DNA of 64,000 nt from a virus. Below, one piece after another: positions 9,651 to 18,929 of this stretch. The stretch lies in IMG/VR virus record IMGVR_UViG_3300029319_009496, positions 17,705-81,704 of that record. The stretch is one strand, 5' to 3'. The notes below the pieces were generated by a model. The model ran no database searches and had not been told where the DNA came from. It saw nothing but the letters and a program-made list of their open reading frames with translations. The stretch's first letter is position 1, and each line of letters opens with the position of its first letter. Position numbers and translations under genes: made by a program.

Positions 9651-10658
9651 ATGAAAAAAGTATTAATATGTGGAGCCGGCGGCTTTATTGGTGGACATCT
9701 TGTTAATTATTTAATAAATAAAGGATTTTGGGTTAGAGGGGTTGATTTAAAATACAATGAATGGCAACCGGTGCATCAAAAAGCTAATGAATTTATAATA
9801 GGAGACCTGAGAGATCCTAATCTAGTTGAAAAAGTAGTCACTAGTGATATTGATGAAATTTACCAGCTAGCTGCTGACATGGGTGGAGCCGGCTTTGTTT
9901 TCACAGGTGAAAATGATGCAGATATAATGCATAATTCTGCTCTTGTTAATCTTAACATAGCACATGAAGCTTCGAAAAAGAATATAAAAAGAATTTTTTA
10001 TTCTTCATCAGCATGCATGTACCCCGAACATAATCAGCTAGATCCAGATAATCCAAACTGTGTAGAGGACTCTGCCTATCCTGCAAATCCTGATTCTGAG
10101 TATGGGTGGGAAAAGCTTTTTTCTGAGAGAATGTTTTTGTCTTTTTTAAGAAATAAAAATTTACAGGTGCGTATAGCGAGATATCATAATATTTTTGGAG
10201 AATATGGATCTTGGACTGGGGGAAGAGAAAAAGCGCCTGCTGCATTTTGTAGAAAAGTCGCTGAAACTCCAAATGGTGGAAAAATTGAAGTTTGGGGGCC
10301 AGGTAATCAAACTAGATCTTTCTTGCATGTTGACGAGTGTGTTGAAGCAACTTATCGTTTAATGCAGTCAGATTTTACAGGACCAGTTAATATTGGATCT
10401 GAAGAAATGATATCAATCAATGAATTTGCACAAATGGCAATAGACATATCTGGTAAAGATCTTTCAATCTACAATATTGATGGTGAAGATTTTTTTGCAA
10501 AATATGGTCATAAGTGTCCAGTTGGTGTTAATGGTCGTAACTCAGATAATAATCTTTTTAAAGAAAAAATAGGCTGGGTTGTTTCAGAGCCGCTAAGAAA
10601 AGGGATGGAAAGAACCTATGAGTGGATAGAGAGCCAAGTAAGGGGCAATAATGGCTAA
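9651..10658 (+). CDS. GDP-mannose 3,5-epimerase-like NAD-dependent epimerase
   Basis: GAGGFIG, LAADMGGAGF, YSSSACMYP, PDSEYGWEK, GGREKAPAAFCRK, QTRSF, GVNGRNSDN. Confidence 0.9.
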   Translation: MKKVLICGAGGFIGGHLVNYLINKGFWVRGVDLKYNEWQPVHQKANEFIIGDLRDPNLVEKVVTSDIDEIYQLAADMGGAGFVFTGENDADIMHNSALVNLNIAHEASKKNIKRIFYSSSACMYPEHNQLDPDNPNCVEDSAYPANPDSEYGWEKLFSERMFLSFLRNKNLQVRIARYHNIFGEYGSWTGGREKAPAAFCRKVAETPNGGKIEVWGPGNQTRSFLHVDECVEATYRLMQSDFTGPVNIGSEEMISINEFAQMAIDISGKDLSIYNIDGEDFFAKYGHKCPVGVNGRNSDNNLFKEKIGWVVSEPLRKGMERTYEWIESQVRGNNG

Positions 10659-11532
10659 ATGTTTAGTAACGGGCCATAAAGGTTATATTGGCACTAAACT
10701 TTTTAATAAATTAAAAAAAGATGGGCATGAAGTATTAGGAATTGATTTAAAAAGTAAAGAATCAATGGACATTCTTTATTATTTAAAAGAAGATTCAGAT
10801 GGAAAGTTTCATCCATTGTTTTGGAATTTTCAACCAGAATATATTTTTCATATGGCATGTTTTCCTCGGGTGGGCTTTTCTATAGAAAATCCAGTGTCTA
10901 CAATGAAAAATAATGTTTTAATAGGCTCATACGTATTAAATTTTGCCAGAAAATGTCCGTCTGTAAAAAGACTAATATATTCTAGCTCCTCATCAGTTGT
11001 TGGAAATGGAGAAGGACCAACTAGTCCGTATGCGCTTCACAAATATACAACTGAAGTTGAATGTAAAATATATTCAAGAATATATAATTTAGATACAGTT
11101 TCTCTTAGGTACTTTAACGTTTACTCAGAAGATCAAAAAACTAATGGTGCATATGCTACAGCTGTATCAAATTGGATGCATCATATAAAAACAAATCGCA
11201 AGCCTTTTATTACAGGTACAGGCGAGCAGAGAAGAGATATGATTCATGTCGACGATGTTATATCTGCTAACATTTTTTGCATGAATAGAAAACAAAATTT
11301 TCATGGGCATCATTTTGATGTTGGTACAGGTAAGAATATTTCTTTAAATGAAATAAAAAATATAGTTCAAAAATATCATAACGTAGAATTTAATTATATT
11401 GAATCTAGACCAGGTGATGTACAATTTACTAAAGCTGATATATCTAAGCTTAAAGAAATAGGTTGGTCCGCAAAAACATCTATTTGTGATGGCATTAATA
11501 ATTGTTTTAAAAATTTAGTAAGTGAAAAATGA
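10651..11532 (+). CDS. NAD-dependent nucleotide-sugar epimerase/dehydratase (extended SDR)
   Basis: TGHKGYIG, SSSSS, SPYALHK (YxxxK), LRYFNVY, GEQRRD, RPGDV. Confidence 0.9.
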   Translation: MAKCLVTGHKGYIGTKLFNKLKKDGHEVLGIDLKSKESMDILYYLKEDSDGKFHPLFWNFQPEYIFHMACFPRVGFSIENPVSTMKNNVLIGSYVLNFARKCPSVKRLIYSSSSSVVGNGEGPTSPYALHKYTTEVECKIYSRIYNLDTVSLRYFNVYSEDQKTNGAYATAVSNWMHHIKTNRKPFITGTGEQRRDMIHVDDVISANIFCMNRKQNFHGHHFDVGTGKNISLNEIKNIVQKYHNVEFNYIESRPGDVQFTKADISKLKEIGWSAKTSICDGINNCFKNLVSEK

Positions 11533-12260
11533 TTGATACTAGCAAAAGAAGCATTACAAAAGCTATAACATGGAAAAGTTTAGGATTTTTTATAATATCT
11601 TTGCTTTCTTATGCGGCGACTAAATCTGTAGAAAAAACTTTTTTTGTAGCGCTAACGTATCACTTTATAATGCTTTGCTTGTTCATTATACATGAAAAAT
11701 TATGGAATTTTATAAAGTGGGGAAAGACAAGTGGTTTGTTTATTCAAATGACAGGATTATCAGGAGCAGGCAAAACTACTTTGGCTAGCCTAGTTTCAAA
11801 AAGTTTGTCTAAAAAAGGAATTTTAGTTGAGGTCATCGATGGGGATGAATATAGAAAAGAATTGTGCGAGGATCTTGGTTTTTCTAAAAAAGACAGACAG
11901 GAAAACATTAAAAGACTATCGTTTGTTGGTAAGGTTCTCGGACGTAATAATGTTGTATGTATTATGTCTGCCATTAATCCTTATAATTCTACAAGAGATA
12001 AAATAAAAAAGTCTGTGCCTGATTCAAGATTGGTATATATAAAATGTAGTTTAGATGAGGTAATAAAAAGAGATGTAAAGGGGTTATACAAACGTGCACT
12101 CCTGCCAAAAAATCATGAGGACCATATACCTAATTTTACTGGCATATCTGATCCATTTGAAGAACCAACACAGTCAGATTTAGTTTTGCAGACTGACGAG
12201 TTATCATTAAAGCAGGCAGCTGCTAAGTTAGAGAAATATATTTTAAAACAAATTAAATAG
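11529..12260 (+). CDS. cysC: Adenylyl-sulfate (APS) kinase with N-terminal DUF2061-like membrane domain
   Basis: TGLSGAGKTT, IDGD, DLGFSKKDR.EN, RDVKGLY, FTGISDPFEEP; N-terminal RSITKAITW...HEKLW..IKWG. Confidence 0.92.
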   Translation: MIDTSKRSITKAITWKSLGFFIISLLSYAATKSVEKTFFVALTYHFIMLCLFIIHEKLWNFIKWGKTSGLFIQMTGLSGAGKTTLASLVSKSLSKKGILVEVIDGDEYRKELCEDLGFSKKDRQENIKRLSFVGKVLGRNNVVCIMSAINPYNSTRDKIKKSVPDSRLVYIKCSLDEVIKRDVKGLYKRALLPKNHEDHIPNFTGISDPFEEPTQSDLVLQTDELSLKQAAAKLEKYILKQIK

Positions 12261-12267
12261 GTGTAAT

Positions 12268-13098
12268 ATGAAATCAGTAGGAGTAGTAGGTCAAGGTTTT
12301 GTTGGCCAAGCAGTAAAAGAAGGGTTTGAATCTTTCTATAAGATAGAGACATATGATAAATTTAAACATTCTACTTGTGAGTCAATTCAAGATTTATGTG
12401 AAAAAACAAAAACTATCTTTGTATGTGTTCCAACACCAATGAGAAAAGATGGATCTTGCGATACTAGTATCGTAAAAGAAGTTGTTTACGAAATAAACAG
12501 ATTTGCAAAAAATCATATATTAGTTATAAAATCTACTGTGCCTCCTGGTACAACTGAGGTTTTAAATAAAGAATGTGAAAATCTACAGGTTGTTTTTAAT
12601 CCTGAATTTCTCACAGAAGCTAATTTTTTAAATGATTTTAAAAATCAAAATAGGATTATAATTGGTGGACCTAGGCCGGCATCAACAAAAATTAAAAATT
12701 TATATACTAAAGTATTTCCAAATGTGCCTGTAATAAAAACAGGATCATCTACCGCTGAAATGGTAAAATATTTTACAAATTGTTTTCTAGCGGTAAAAGT
12801 TAGTTTTGCAAATGAATTCAGACAATTTTGTGAACAAGTTGATGTTGATTATGATAAAGTAGTAGAATATGGATTACATGATCTAAGATTAGGAAAAACT
12901 CATTTTGCAAGCCCAGGGCCAGACTTAAAATATGGTTTTGGTGGATCATGTTTTCCAAAAGATATAAATGCTTTAATACAATTTGCAAAAAAATTAAATA
13001 TTAATCCTGTTGTATTAGAGGCTGCTTGGAAAAAAAATCTAGAAGTAAGACCTGAGAAAGATTGGGAACAATTAAAAGGTCGCGCTGTCAGTGAATAA
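12268..13098 (+). CDS. UDP-glucose 6-dehydrogenase-like protein (short form lacking the C-terminal domain)
   Basis: GQGFVG, CVPTP, IKSTVPPG, FNPEFL, AEMVKY..N, GFGGSCFPKD. Confidence 0.9.
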   Translation: MKSVGVVGQGFVGQAVKEGFESFYKIETYDKFKHSTCESIQDLCEKTKTIFVCVPTPMRKDGSCDTSIVKEVVYEINRFAKNHILVIKSTVPPGTTEVLNKECENLQVVFNPEFLTEANFLNDFKNQNRIIIGGPRPASTKIKNLYTKVFPNVPVIKTGSSTAEMVKYFTNCFLAVKVSFANEFRQFCEQVDVDYDKVVEYGLHDLRLGKTHFASPGPDLKYGFGGSCFPKDINALIQFAKKLNINPVVLEAAWKKNLEVRPEKDWEQLKGRAVSE

Positions 13099-13114
13099 AT
13101 TTAAAGGAGAAAAA

Positions 13115-13300
13115 ATGTATAATTTATCTGATGAAGCTTTAGGAGCCGTAATGATGGCTTTACAAAAATCATTATTAGAACAAAGCGATATAGTCCCTGT
13201 GTTAAAAGGTTTTAATTTTAAGGTAAATGAGGATAATGAGCTGTTAGTTATGAATCCTCCTTTAATTAAATTTTCAGAGACTCAAGAAGAAACAGCTTAA
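13115..13300 (+). CDS. Small hypothetical protein
   Basis: AGGAG RBS just before ATG 13115; TAATG coupling to the next gene. Confidence 0.7.
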   Translation: MYNLSDEALGAVMMALQKSLLEQSDIVPVLKGFNFKVNEDNELLVMNPPLIKFSETQEETA

Positions 13301-13560
13301 TGCCAAAGTATTCTTATAGGTGTTCAAATTGTGAGCATGTAATGGATGTGTACCATTCTTTTAAAGAACAATATAATACATGCGATAATTGTGGATCGAT
13401 AGATTGCTTAGAAAAATTACCATCAAAATTCTCTGTTTTAAAAAACAACACTGAAATGAAAATTGGTGATTTAGTTAAAAAAAGCATTAAAGATTTTAGT
13501 GAAGAGCTTTCTCTAGAAAAAGAAAAACTTAAAAATGAATTTTATAAACCAGATAAGTAA
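13300..13560 (+). CDS. FmdB-family zinc-ribbon protein
   Basis: MPKYSYRCSNCEH...CDNCGS...KLPS. Confidence 0.85.
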   Translation: MPKYSYRCSNCEHVMDVYHSFKEQYNTCDNCGSIDCLEKLPSKFSVLKNNTEMKIGDLVKKSIKDFSEELSLEKEKLKNEFYKPDK

Positions 13561-13936
13561 ATATGTATTATTAATATCAATTATTCTTAACGGAATATTG
13601 TTAGCAATTATATTTGGTATGATACCATTTCTATTGTATATAAGCGTTATAATAAACGTTATTATGATATGGTATACCAGTAAATGTTTACTAACAATAA
13701 ATAATTTAGAGAATGATATGGTGCAACTTTTAGAAAGCAATGAACAGTTTTTACAAAACCTAGAAGAAATATATTCATTGGAAATGTATTATGGAGATGA
13801 GCATATTCAAAATTTAATTGATGAATCTAGATTGCTTATTAATGAGTTTATTGATGTTCAAGAAAAATATTTTGATGTTGAAGTAACAGAAATGGAACAA
13901 GATGAAGAAGACGAGACGGCCCCGCAAGAAAAATAA
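13535..13936 (+). CDS. Hypothetical membrane protein with acidic C-terminal tail
   Basis: About 40-aa hydrophobic N-terminus (two TM segments); overlaps both neighbours. Confidence 0.65.
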   Translation: MNFINQISKYVLLISIILNGILLAIIFGMIPFLLYISVIINVIMIWYTSKCLLTINNLENDMVQLLESNEQFLQNLEEIYSLEMYYGDEHIQNLIDESRLLINEFIDVQEKYFDVEVTEMEQDEEDETAPQEK

Positions 13937-14594
13937 TTATTTTACAAAAGTTCATGAACAGGCAATCATTGATTATGCTCTTACTAATGATATAAAAATT
14001 AGAACAGAATTATATATTCAATTAATACAACCTGCCTTTAACGAAATGGTAGACAAAATTGTCTATACATATAAATTTAATAATTTACCAAACATTGATT
14101 ATCTTAAAGATGATTGCAAGCTATGGCTTATCACAATTTTAGACAAATATGACCCTAATAGAAAATCTAAAGCTTTTTCTTATTTTAGTGTTATAACTAA
14201 AAATTGGTTTATTCACAAAGTTAAACAAAACTCTAAAAAACTTAAAAGAGATTTACAATATGAAAATCTAAACAATGAAACTGAATTAGAAGAATTTATT
14301 GTAGAAAATACTTATGAGCAAGATAGAGAAAAAAAAGAGTTTTGGGAACATTTATTTTCTGAAATGGATAAATGGGAAAAAATGAAACTTCGTGAGTCAG
14401 AGAAAAAAGTATTAGATGCTATAAAGATACTTTTTAACAGCACTCAGGATATAGAAATTTTTAATAAAAAAGCTATTTATTTATACATGCGTGAAATTAC
14501 CGGTTTAAATACAAAACAAATTGTTAATAACTTAAATAGAATTAGAAAAAGATACAGGATTTTTAAAGTAGAATGGGAAAAAGGAAACATATAA
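13902..14594 (+). CDS. Phage late-transcription sigma factor, T4 gp55-like
   Basis: KKNNYF N-terminus; KYDPN..SKAFSYFSVITKNWFI resembles sigma region 2 of gp55 (NPFAYFTQI); C-terminal HTH-like MREITGLNTKQI. Confidence 0.75.
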   Translation: MKKTRRPRKKNNYFTKVHEQAIIDYALTNDIKIRTELYIQLIQPAFNEMVDKIVYTYKFNNLPNIDYLKDDCKLWLITILDKYDPNRKSKAFSYFSVITKNWFIHKVKQNSKKLKRDLQYENLNNETELEEFIVENTYEQDREKKEFWEHLFSEMDKWEKMKLRESEKKVLDAIKILFNSTQDIEIFNKKAIYLYMREITGLNTKQIVNNLNRIRKRYRIFKVEWEKGNI

Positions 14595-14875
14595 ACTCTC
14601 AAGAATTTATTGATGAAGCAATAAAAAATATTAGAGATGATAGAGCTATGGCATCAACATTGTTAGTCGAGTTAGTAAAAATATTAAAATCTGACGAGAC
14701 AAAACATCAAAATTCTGGCCCTGTAGCAGCAAAATATTTAGAAACTTTACAAAGATCAAATGAACAACTTGTAAAGCTTGCATCTTTGATATCAAAAAAA
14801 GAATCTAATTCTACTAATTTATCACAATTTGAAAAATCAGAAATTTACAATTTAATTAATGAAAGTGAGGATTAA
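14573..14875 (+). CDS. Hypothetical helical protein
   Basis: 100-aa ORF that fills the gap and overlaps the sigma gene. Confidence 0.65.
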   Translation: MGKRKHINSQEFIDEAIKNIRDDRAMASTLLVELVKILKSDETKHQNSGPVAAKYLETLQRSNEQLVKLASLISKKESNSTNLSQFEKSEIYNLINESED

Positions 14876-14878
14876 TGG

Positions 14879-17800
14879 TTGGCATACAAATTAAAAGGTT
14901 TTCTTCATGAAGGCTCTCGTGTAGCTGGTAATGATTTAGAATATATCCAAACAGCGCTAGATTATTTTTCTGCAAAAGAAGGTATTGAAGGCTATCAAAT
15001 GATGCGTCATTTGGTTGACAAAACTTTTGGTAGAGATCAGGAAGAAAGTTCAAGACCAAGATTATTAGAAGTTGTTGATATTTTAAGTGGCCCAAACAAA
15101 ACTGTTAGAGGCGGCGTTGGGCATGAAGCAGTTACAGCAGTATTAAGGCAGAAACTAGAGCATACTGATGCATTTCATGAGTCAATAAAAAATAAAATTG
15201 TGATTACTGCAAGGTGTGTAAGATCTGATTTTATAAGAACACCAAATAGATTTTCAAAAGAACAAGACTATCTTCGAAGAGGCACACTAGGTGTTTTTCT
15301 TTGTGCATCTACAGATTCTAAATTTAATAATTTGCGCCCCGGCGCTTATGTCTGGGGTAGTTTAAGAGGACAGACTGTTGCTGCGCTTGATGGTGGTTTT
15401 GCAGGAACTATTTTTGATGTTGCAACCAATGTTGGAAAAATAGCTGATGCAATTGAAGAGTATGTCTCATCAGTTAGATCTTTTAATAAAAAATGTAAAA
15501 CATTTCGTCAGTTTGAGGGCCCAACTGCAAAACTTTTTGTTGGCTCAACTTTAGCAGATCCAAATCCAAGATCTTCACCAATATCTAAATTTAAAACTGT
15601 AATAAAGACTGGGCTATATGGTAATGGTACACCACAAACAAAATATCATTTTAATCATTGTTTGTTGAAAAGTGAAAAATCTTATAATTTTGATATTGTA
15701 GGGCCAGCTCCTGCAAAAGAAAATGCATTTATATGGATTGGACATTTAAGAAATAATGGCTTTTTAGATGTATTGGATAGGCCAATTGGTCTAGGCAGAG
15801 AAACTATTATATATGCACCAATGACACTAAATATATCTGTTCCAATCGAAATTAAATATTATTTTCATGACAAAGCAGGCTTTGGTCATGCATGGATAAA
15901 CGGCCCTAACACTAGTGTTTCTGATTCAATAAATAATGTTCAGCGTGGTGGAAATGACTTTAAAGACGTTATCGGCCCAGCAATAAAAGATTTAATAAAA
16001 CAAAAAAGAAATTTTATACTTGTAATACCAGAAATGGCTTACTCTAGAGGCTTCTCTACAAATAATAAAAATATTTCTAGAATACAGACGTTAACCGATA
16101 ATAATTTAGCTAGATCAACTGATGCAGCTGGTAAACAAATTCTAAGAGTTGTTATTCCGCCAGAAACTGTCCCTGCAGTAAAAACTTATTTAAGAAAATT
16201 ACCTGCAGAAGCTGTGGTTGAATATGGTGTTACTACTGCAGCAGGTGGTGGCACTAATAACGTTGGAGGGCTTCAAAAAAAACAAGCCAGTTTATCTAAT
16301 TTAACACAAAAAACACATTTTAGAGAGCGGGAAACAGTTACTTTTGATGGCTCATACACTGGAGGTAATTTTGGTGATTTCCATGTAGAAGTTCTAGAAG
16401 TGCTTGATGAACATTTAGGAAGTCAGGTTTCACAAAACATTGATTTTGTTTCAATAGTCGCACATGGAATGGGAGCAATAAATTTAGCATCCATAGTTAA
16501 AAATATGCCTAATAGTTCTGTGCATCGCGACGCTGAGGTTGGATTTAAATCTGTGCCAATAAAAAGAATTGATTTTGTTGAAGATGGGACAGATTCAATT
16601 AGTTCATATCCTTTTGCAAAACATACTCCATCTTATACAGTATATGAGGATTATTTATTAGCAAAATCAGAGGAAGGGTCTTATTTTGAATTTAATTATA
16701 TAACAGAAGCAGGAACACAAGCAGGAACTGAGTTTTTTAATAAAATTGATGCTTCATTGCAGTTTACTAAAAATAATAAACCAGAATCATCCTTGGGAGA
16801 AGCATTTACTATTCCAATAAATGGTGATTTAAACTTGCAAAGTAATATTAGTATGCATGCTATAAGACCAACTAGGGGAGATATTTCAAAAGTATTGTAT
16901 GCCTTTCCCATGGAAACAACCGCAACTAATTCAATTCAAGGACAAAGCAATAAACCTTTGTATCCTAAGTTACCAGATACTACAATTGCTTTAAGGCCAG
17001 GAGATTCGCTTGTTCCAGATCACGCCGGCGCCATGGCGTCAACTCCTTCAGAGGGAAAACTTAATCAATATTCTTTGGAGCAAAATAATCTAAAAAATCT
17101 TATTGATAATTTTTCAGTTGTTTTAAATGATTGGAAAAATATGGACGAATCTGAGTTTTGTCAAGCAAACCCAACTTATTGTAAAATTTTAACTGAAGGG
17201 TCATCAGTAACTTCTGCCGGCGCCGGCACCACAATTAATGTTAATGTTGCGAGGCATTTTGAACTTTCAAAAATACAAAATAGTTTAAAAAAACATTATG
17301 AACATATTCAACGTTATTATCAATTAAAATATTTAATACAAGATGAGGAACAAATATTAGAATATATAAATGATAAATCTGCCCTCAGAGAATATCAGAA
17401 GCAAAGACGAAAAGATTTATCAGATCAAAATTTGAAATTAGTAACCGATTATGACGCATTCGACCCTCAAAGTATTATTAGGATACATTTTCTTCCACTA
17501 TCTGTTCTATCAGCCGTTGGTCCGCAAAGCGCAACTAGCGGTCAATTTTTAGGGCGCCCTGTCCCGATTGATTTTGCGACCGCAAAACAGTGCTTTACAG
17601 CTGAACCTTTGCTTATGCCGCAAAAGACACAAATTTATCCTTTTGGGGACGTTGAAAATAATCCTGGCATGGTTGAAAAAATTCTAGAGCAATTAGCTAT
17701 AGCCGATGCTCTGGACATAACAATCAATAGGCTTGACGATGCTATAGAGCGAGCTAGGCCTAGGCCAATAACACAAACACCAAATTGTGATGAGCAGCCA

Positions 17801-18916
17801 ATAGCAATTAGAGATTTAATAGTTCCATCATATGAGGTATCAAAATACAACACTAAGGATATATCCGCAACACAATCTCCATGTGCTGGAAAGACAATAA
17901 GAGTTGTTGGTGATTATGCTGCGTTAAAAACAATGATAAATTGGGCTCCGTCAAAAGTATCTCTAATTTCAGCAGCTGAAAGATTTTCTACTAGCAAAAC
18001 TGATCTTCAAGAAACTTTAGGGAAAACAAATCAATTTGACGTAGGTAGATTTTCTTATAAATGCCGAGGCCCTAATAATAAAATAAATCATAAAAAAAGT
18101 CCTGAGATTTGGAGCTGCATTACAGATATTATGAAAGAGTCTTGGGAGGCAGCATGTAATGTTTCTGGCTATGTTCCTTTTAAAATAACAACAGGCATTA
18201 AAGGATACCATGCATCTGACACTGGTGTTGTTGCATTACCTGGTGGATTATCTATTGACGCCTATGGACTTTCAATTAATGTGGATCCTCATTTAACAGG
18301 ATATAGTAACGATGGTGATCCCATATATAGTATTTTTACCGGCATGTGGACTCCTGGTTTTGTCGAGGCATATCAAGATCAATTATATGATTTAGGTATT
18401 TTAGATGACCAGCCTTTTTCAAGTTTTGGTGTTTCCGGAAGATATTTAGATAATGCGTATTCTGGCTTTACTGGCAGACAAAGAAGGTTGTCGCAAGATT
18501 GGAAATTTGCTACAGATTCTTACAGCGGCCCAGCAGGCGCCGAAGAAAAAGAGGAAGGATATCAAAAAATTATGCGAGCCGCAAAAAATAGTGTTATAGT
18601 GCCACCAAATGCTAATCCTTTGTTGTGGGTGTTAACATTTTGTGAAAGAAGTGGTATGAAATGGGGTAATGGTACTTTTATGAAAAAAAGACACAGAGGG
18701 ACAAAAAGAGGCTATAGCATTGCCGGATTTGATATAAGAAATCCGGCACCTGAATCTTGGTCTCTTGATGAACAAAATAAAATTGCTGCTATTTATGGTA
18801 TAGCAGATGTTGTAGCAAGAGTTAACGCAATTTCTTGGCCCTATGACATTGACAAACACATGCATTTTCAATACTATTCTGGACCTCCGGTAATACCGTG
18901 GGAAGATATTCAATAA
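14879..18916 (+). CDS. Large virion/baseplate-hub protein with degenerate alpha/beta-hydrolase-like and C-terminal M15 peptidase-like domains
   Basis: TTG start after GAGGA; YYFH...FILVIPE...IVAHGMG; SIDAYGLSINVD...GMKWG...DKHMHFQY. Confidence 0.55.
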   Translation: MAYKLKGFLHEGSRVAGNDLEYIQTALDYFSAKEGIEGYQMMRHLVDKTFGRDQEESSRPRLLEVVDILSGPNKTVRGGVGHEAVTAVLRQKLEHTDAFHESIKNKIVITARCVRSDFIRTPNRFSKEQDYLRRGTLGVFLCASTDSKFNNLRPGAYVWGSLRGQTVAALDGGFAGTIFDVATNVGKIADAIEEYVSSVRSFNKKCKTFRQFEGPTAKLFVGSTLADPNPRSSPISKFKTVIKTGLYGNGTPQTKYHFNHCLLKSEKSYNFDIVGPAPAKENAFIWIGHLRNNGFLDVLDRPIGLGRETIIYAPMTLNISVPIEIKYYFHDKAGFGHAWINGPNTSVSDSINNVQRGGNDFKDVIGPAIKDLIKQKRNFILVIPEMAYSRGFSTNNKNISRIQTLTDNNLARSTDAAGKQILRVVIPPETVPAVKTYLRKLPAEAVVEYGVTTAAGGGTNNVGGLQKKQASLSNLTQKTHFRERETVTFDGSYTGGNFGDFHVEVLEVLDEHLGSQVSQNIDFVSIVAHGMGAINLASIVKNMPNSSVHRDAEVGFKSVPIKRIDFVEDGTDSISSYPFAKHTPSYTVYEDYLLAKSEEGSYFEFNYITEAGTQAGTEFFNKIDASLQFTKNNKPESSLGEAFTIPINGDLNLQSNISMHAIRPTRGDISKVLYAFPMETTATNSIQGQSNKPLYPKLPDTTIALRPGDSLVPDHAGAMASTPSEGKLNQYSLEQNNLKNLIDNFSVVLNDWKNMDESEFCQANPTYCKILTEGSSVTSAGAGTTINVNVARHFELSKIQNSLKKHYEHIQRYYQLKYLIQDEEQILEYINDKSALREYQKQRRKDLSDQNLKLVTDYDAFDPQSIIRIHFLPLSVLSAVGPQSATSGQFLGRPVPIDFATAKQCFTAEPLLMPQKTQIYPFGDVENNPGMVEKILEQLAIADALDITINRLDDAIERARPRPITQTPNCDEQPIAIRDLIVPSYEVSKYNTKDISATQSPCAGKTIRVVGDYAALKTMINWAPSKVSLISAAERFSTSKTDLQETLGKTNQFDVGRFSYKCRGPNNKINHKKSPEIWSCITDIMKESWEAACNVSGYVPFKITTGIKGYHASDTGVVALPGGLSIDAYGLSINVDPHLTGYSNDGDPIYSIFTGMWTPGFVEAYQDQLYDLGILDDQPFSSFGVSGRYLDNAYSGFTGRQRRLSQDWKFATDSYSGPAGAEEKEEGYQKIMRAAKNSVIVPPNANPLLWVLTFCERSGMKWGNGTFMKKRHRGTKRGYSIAGFDIRNPAPESWSLDEQNKIAAIYGIADVVARVNAISWPYDIDKHMHFQYYSGPPVIPWEDIQ

Positions 18917-18929
18917 AAAAAAGGATAAA

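Noticed and set aside
1-13098. Bacterial LPS/capsule locus or chimeric contig
   Set aside because: No export or polymerase genes are visible, and overlapping genes run continuously into the phage sigma and baseplate genes. Not fully excluded without read data.
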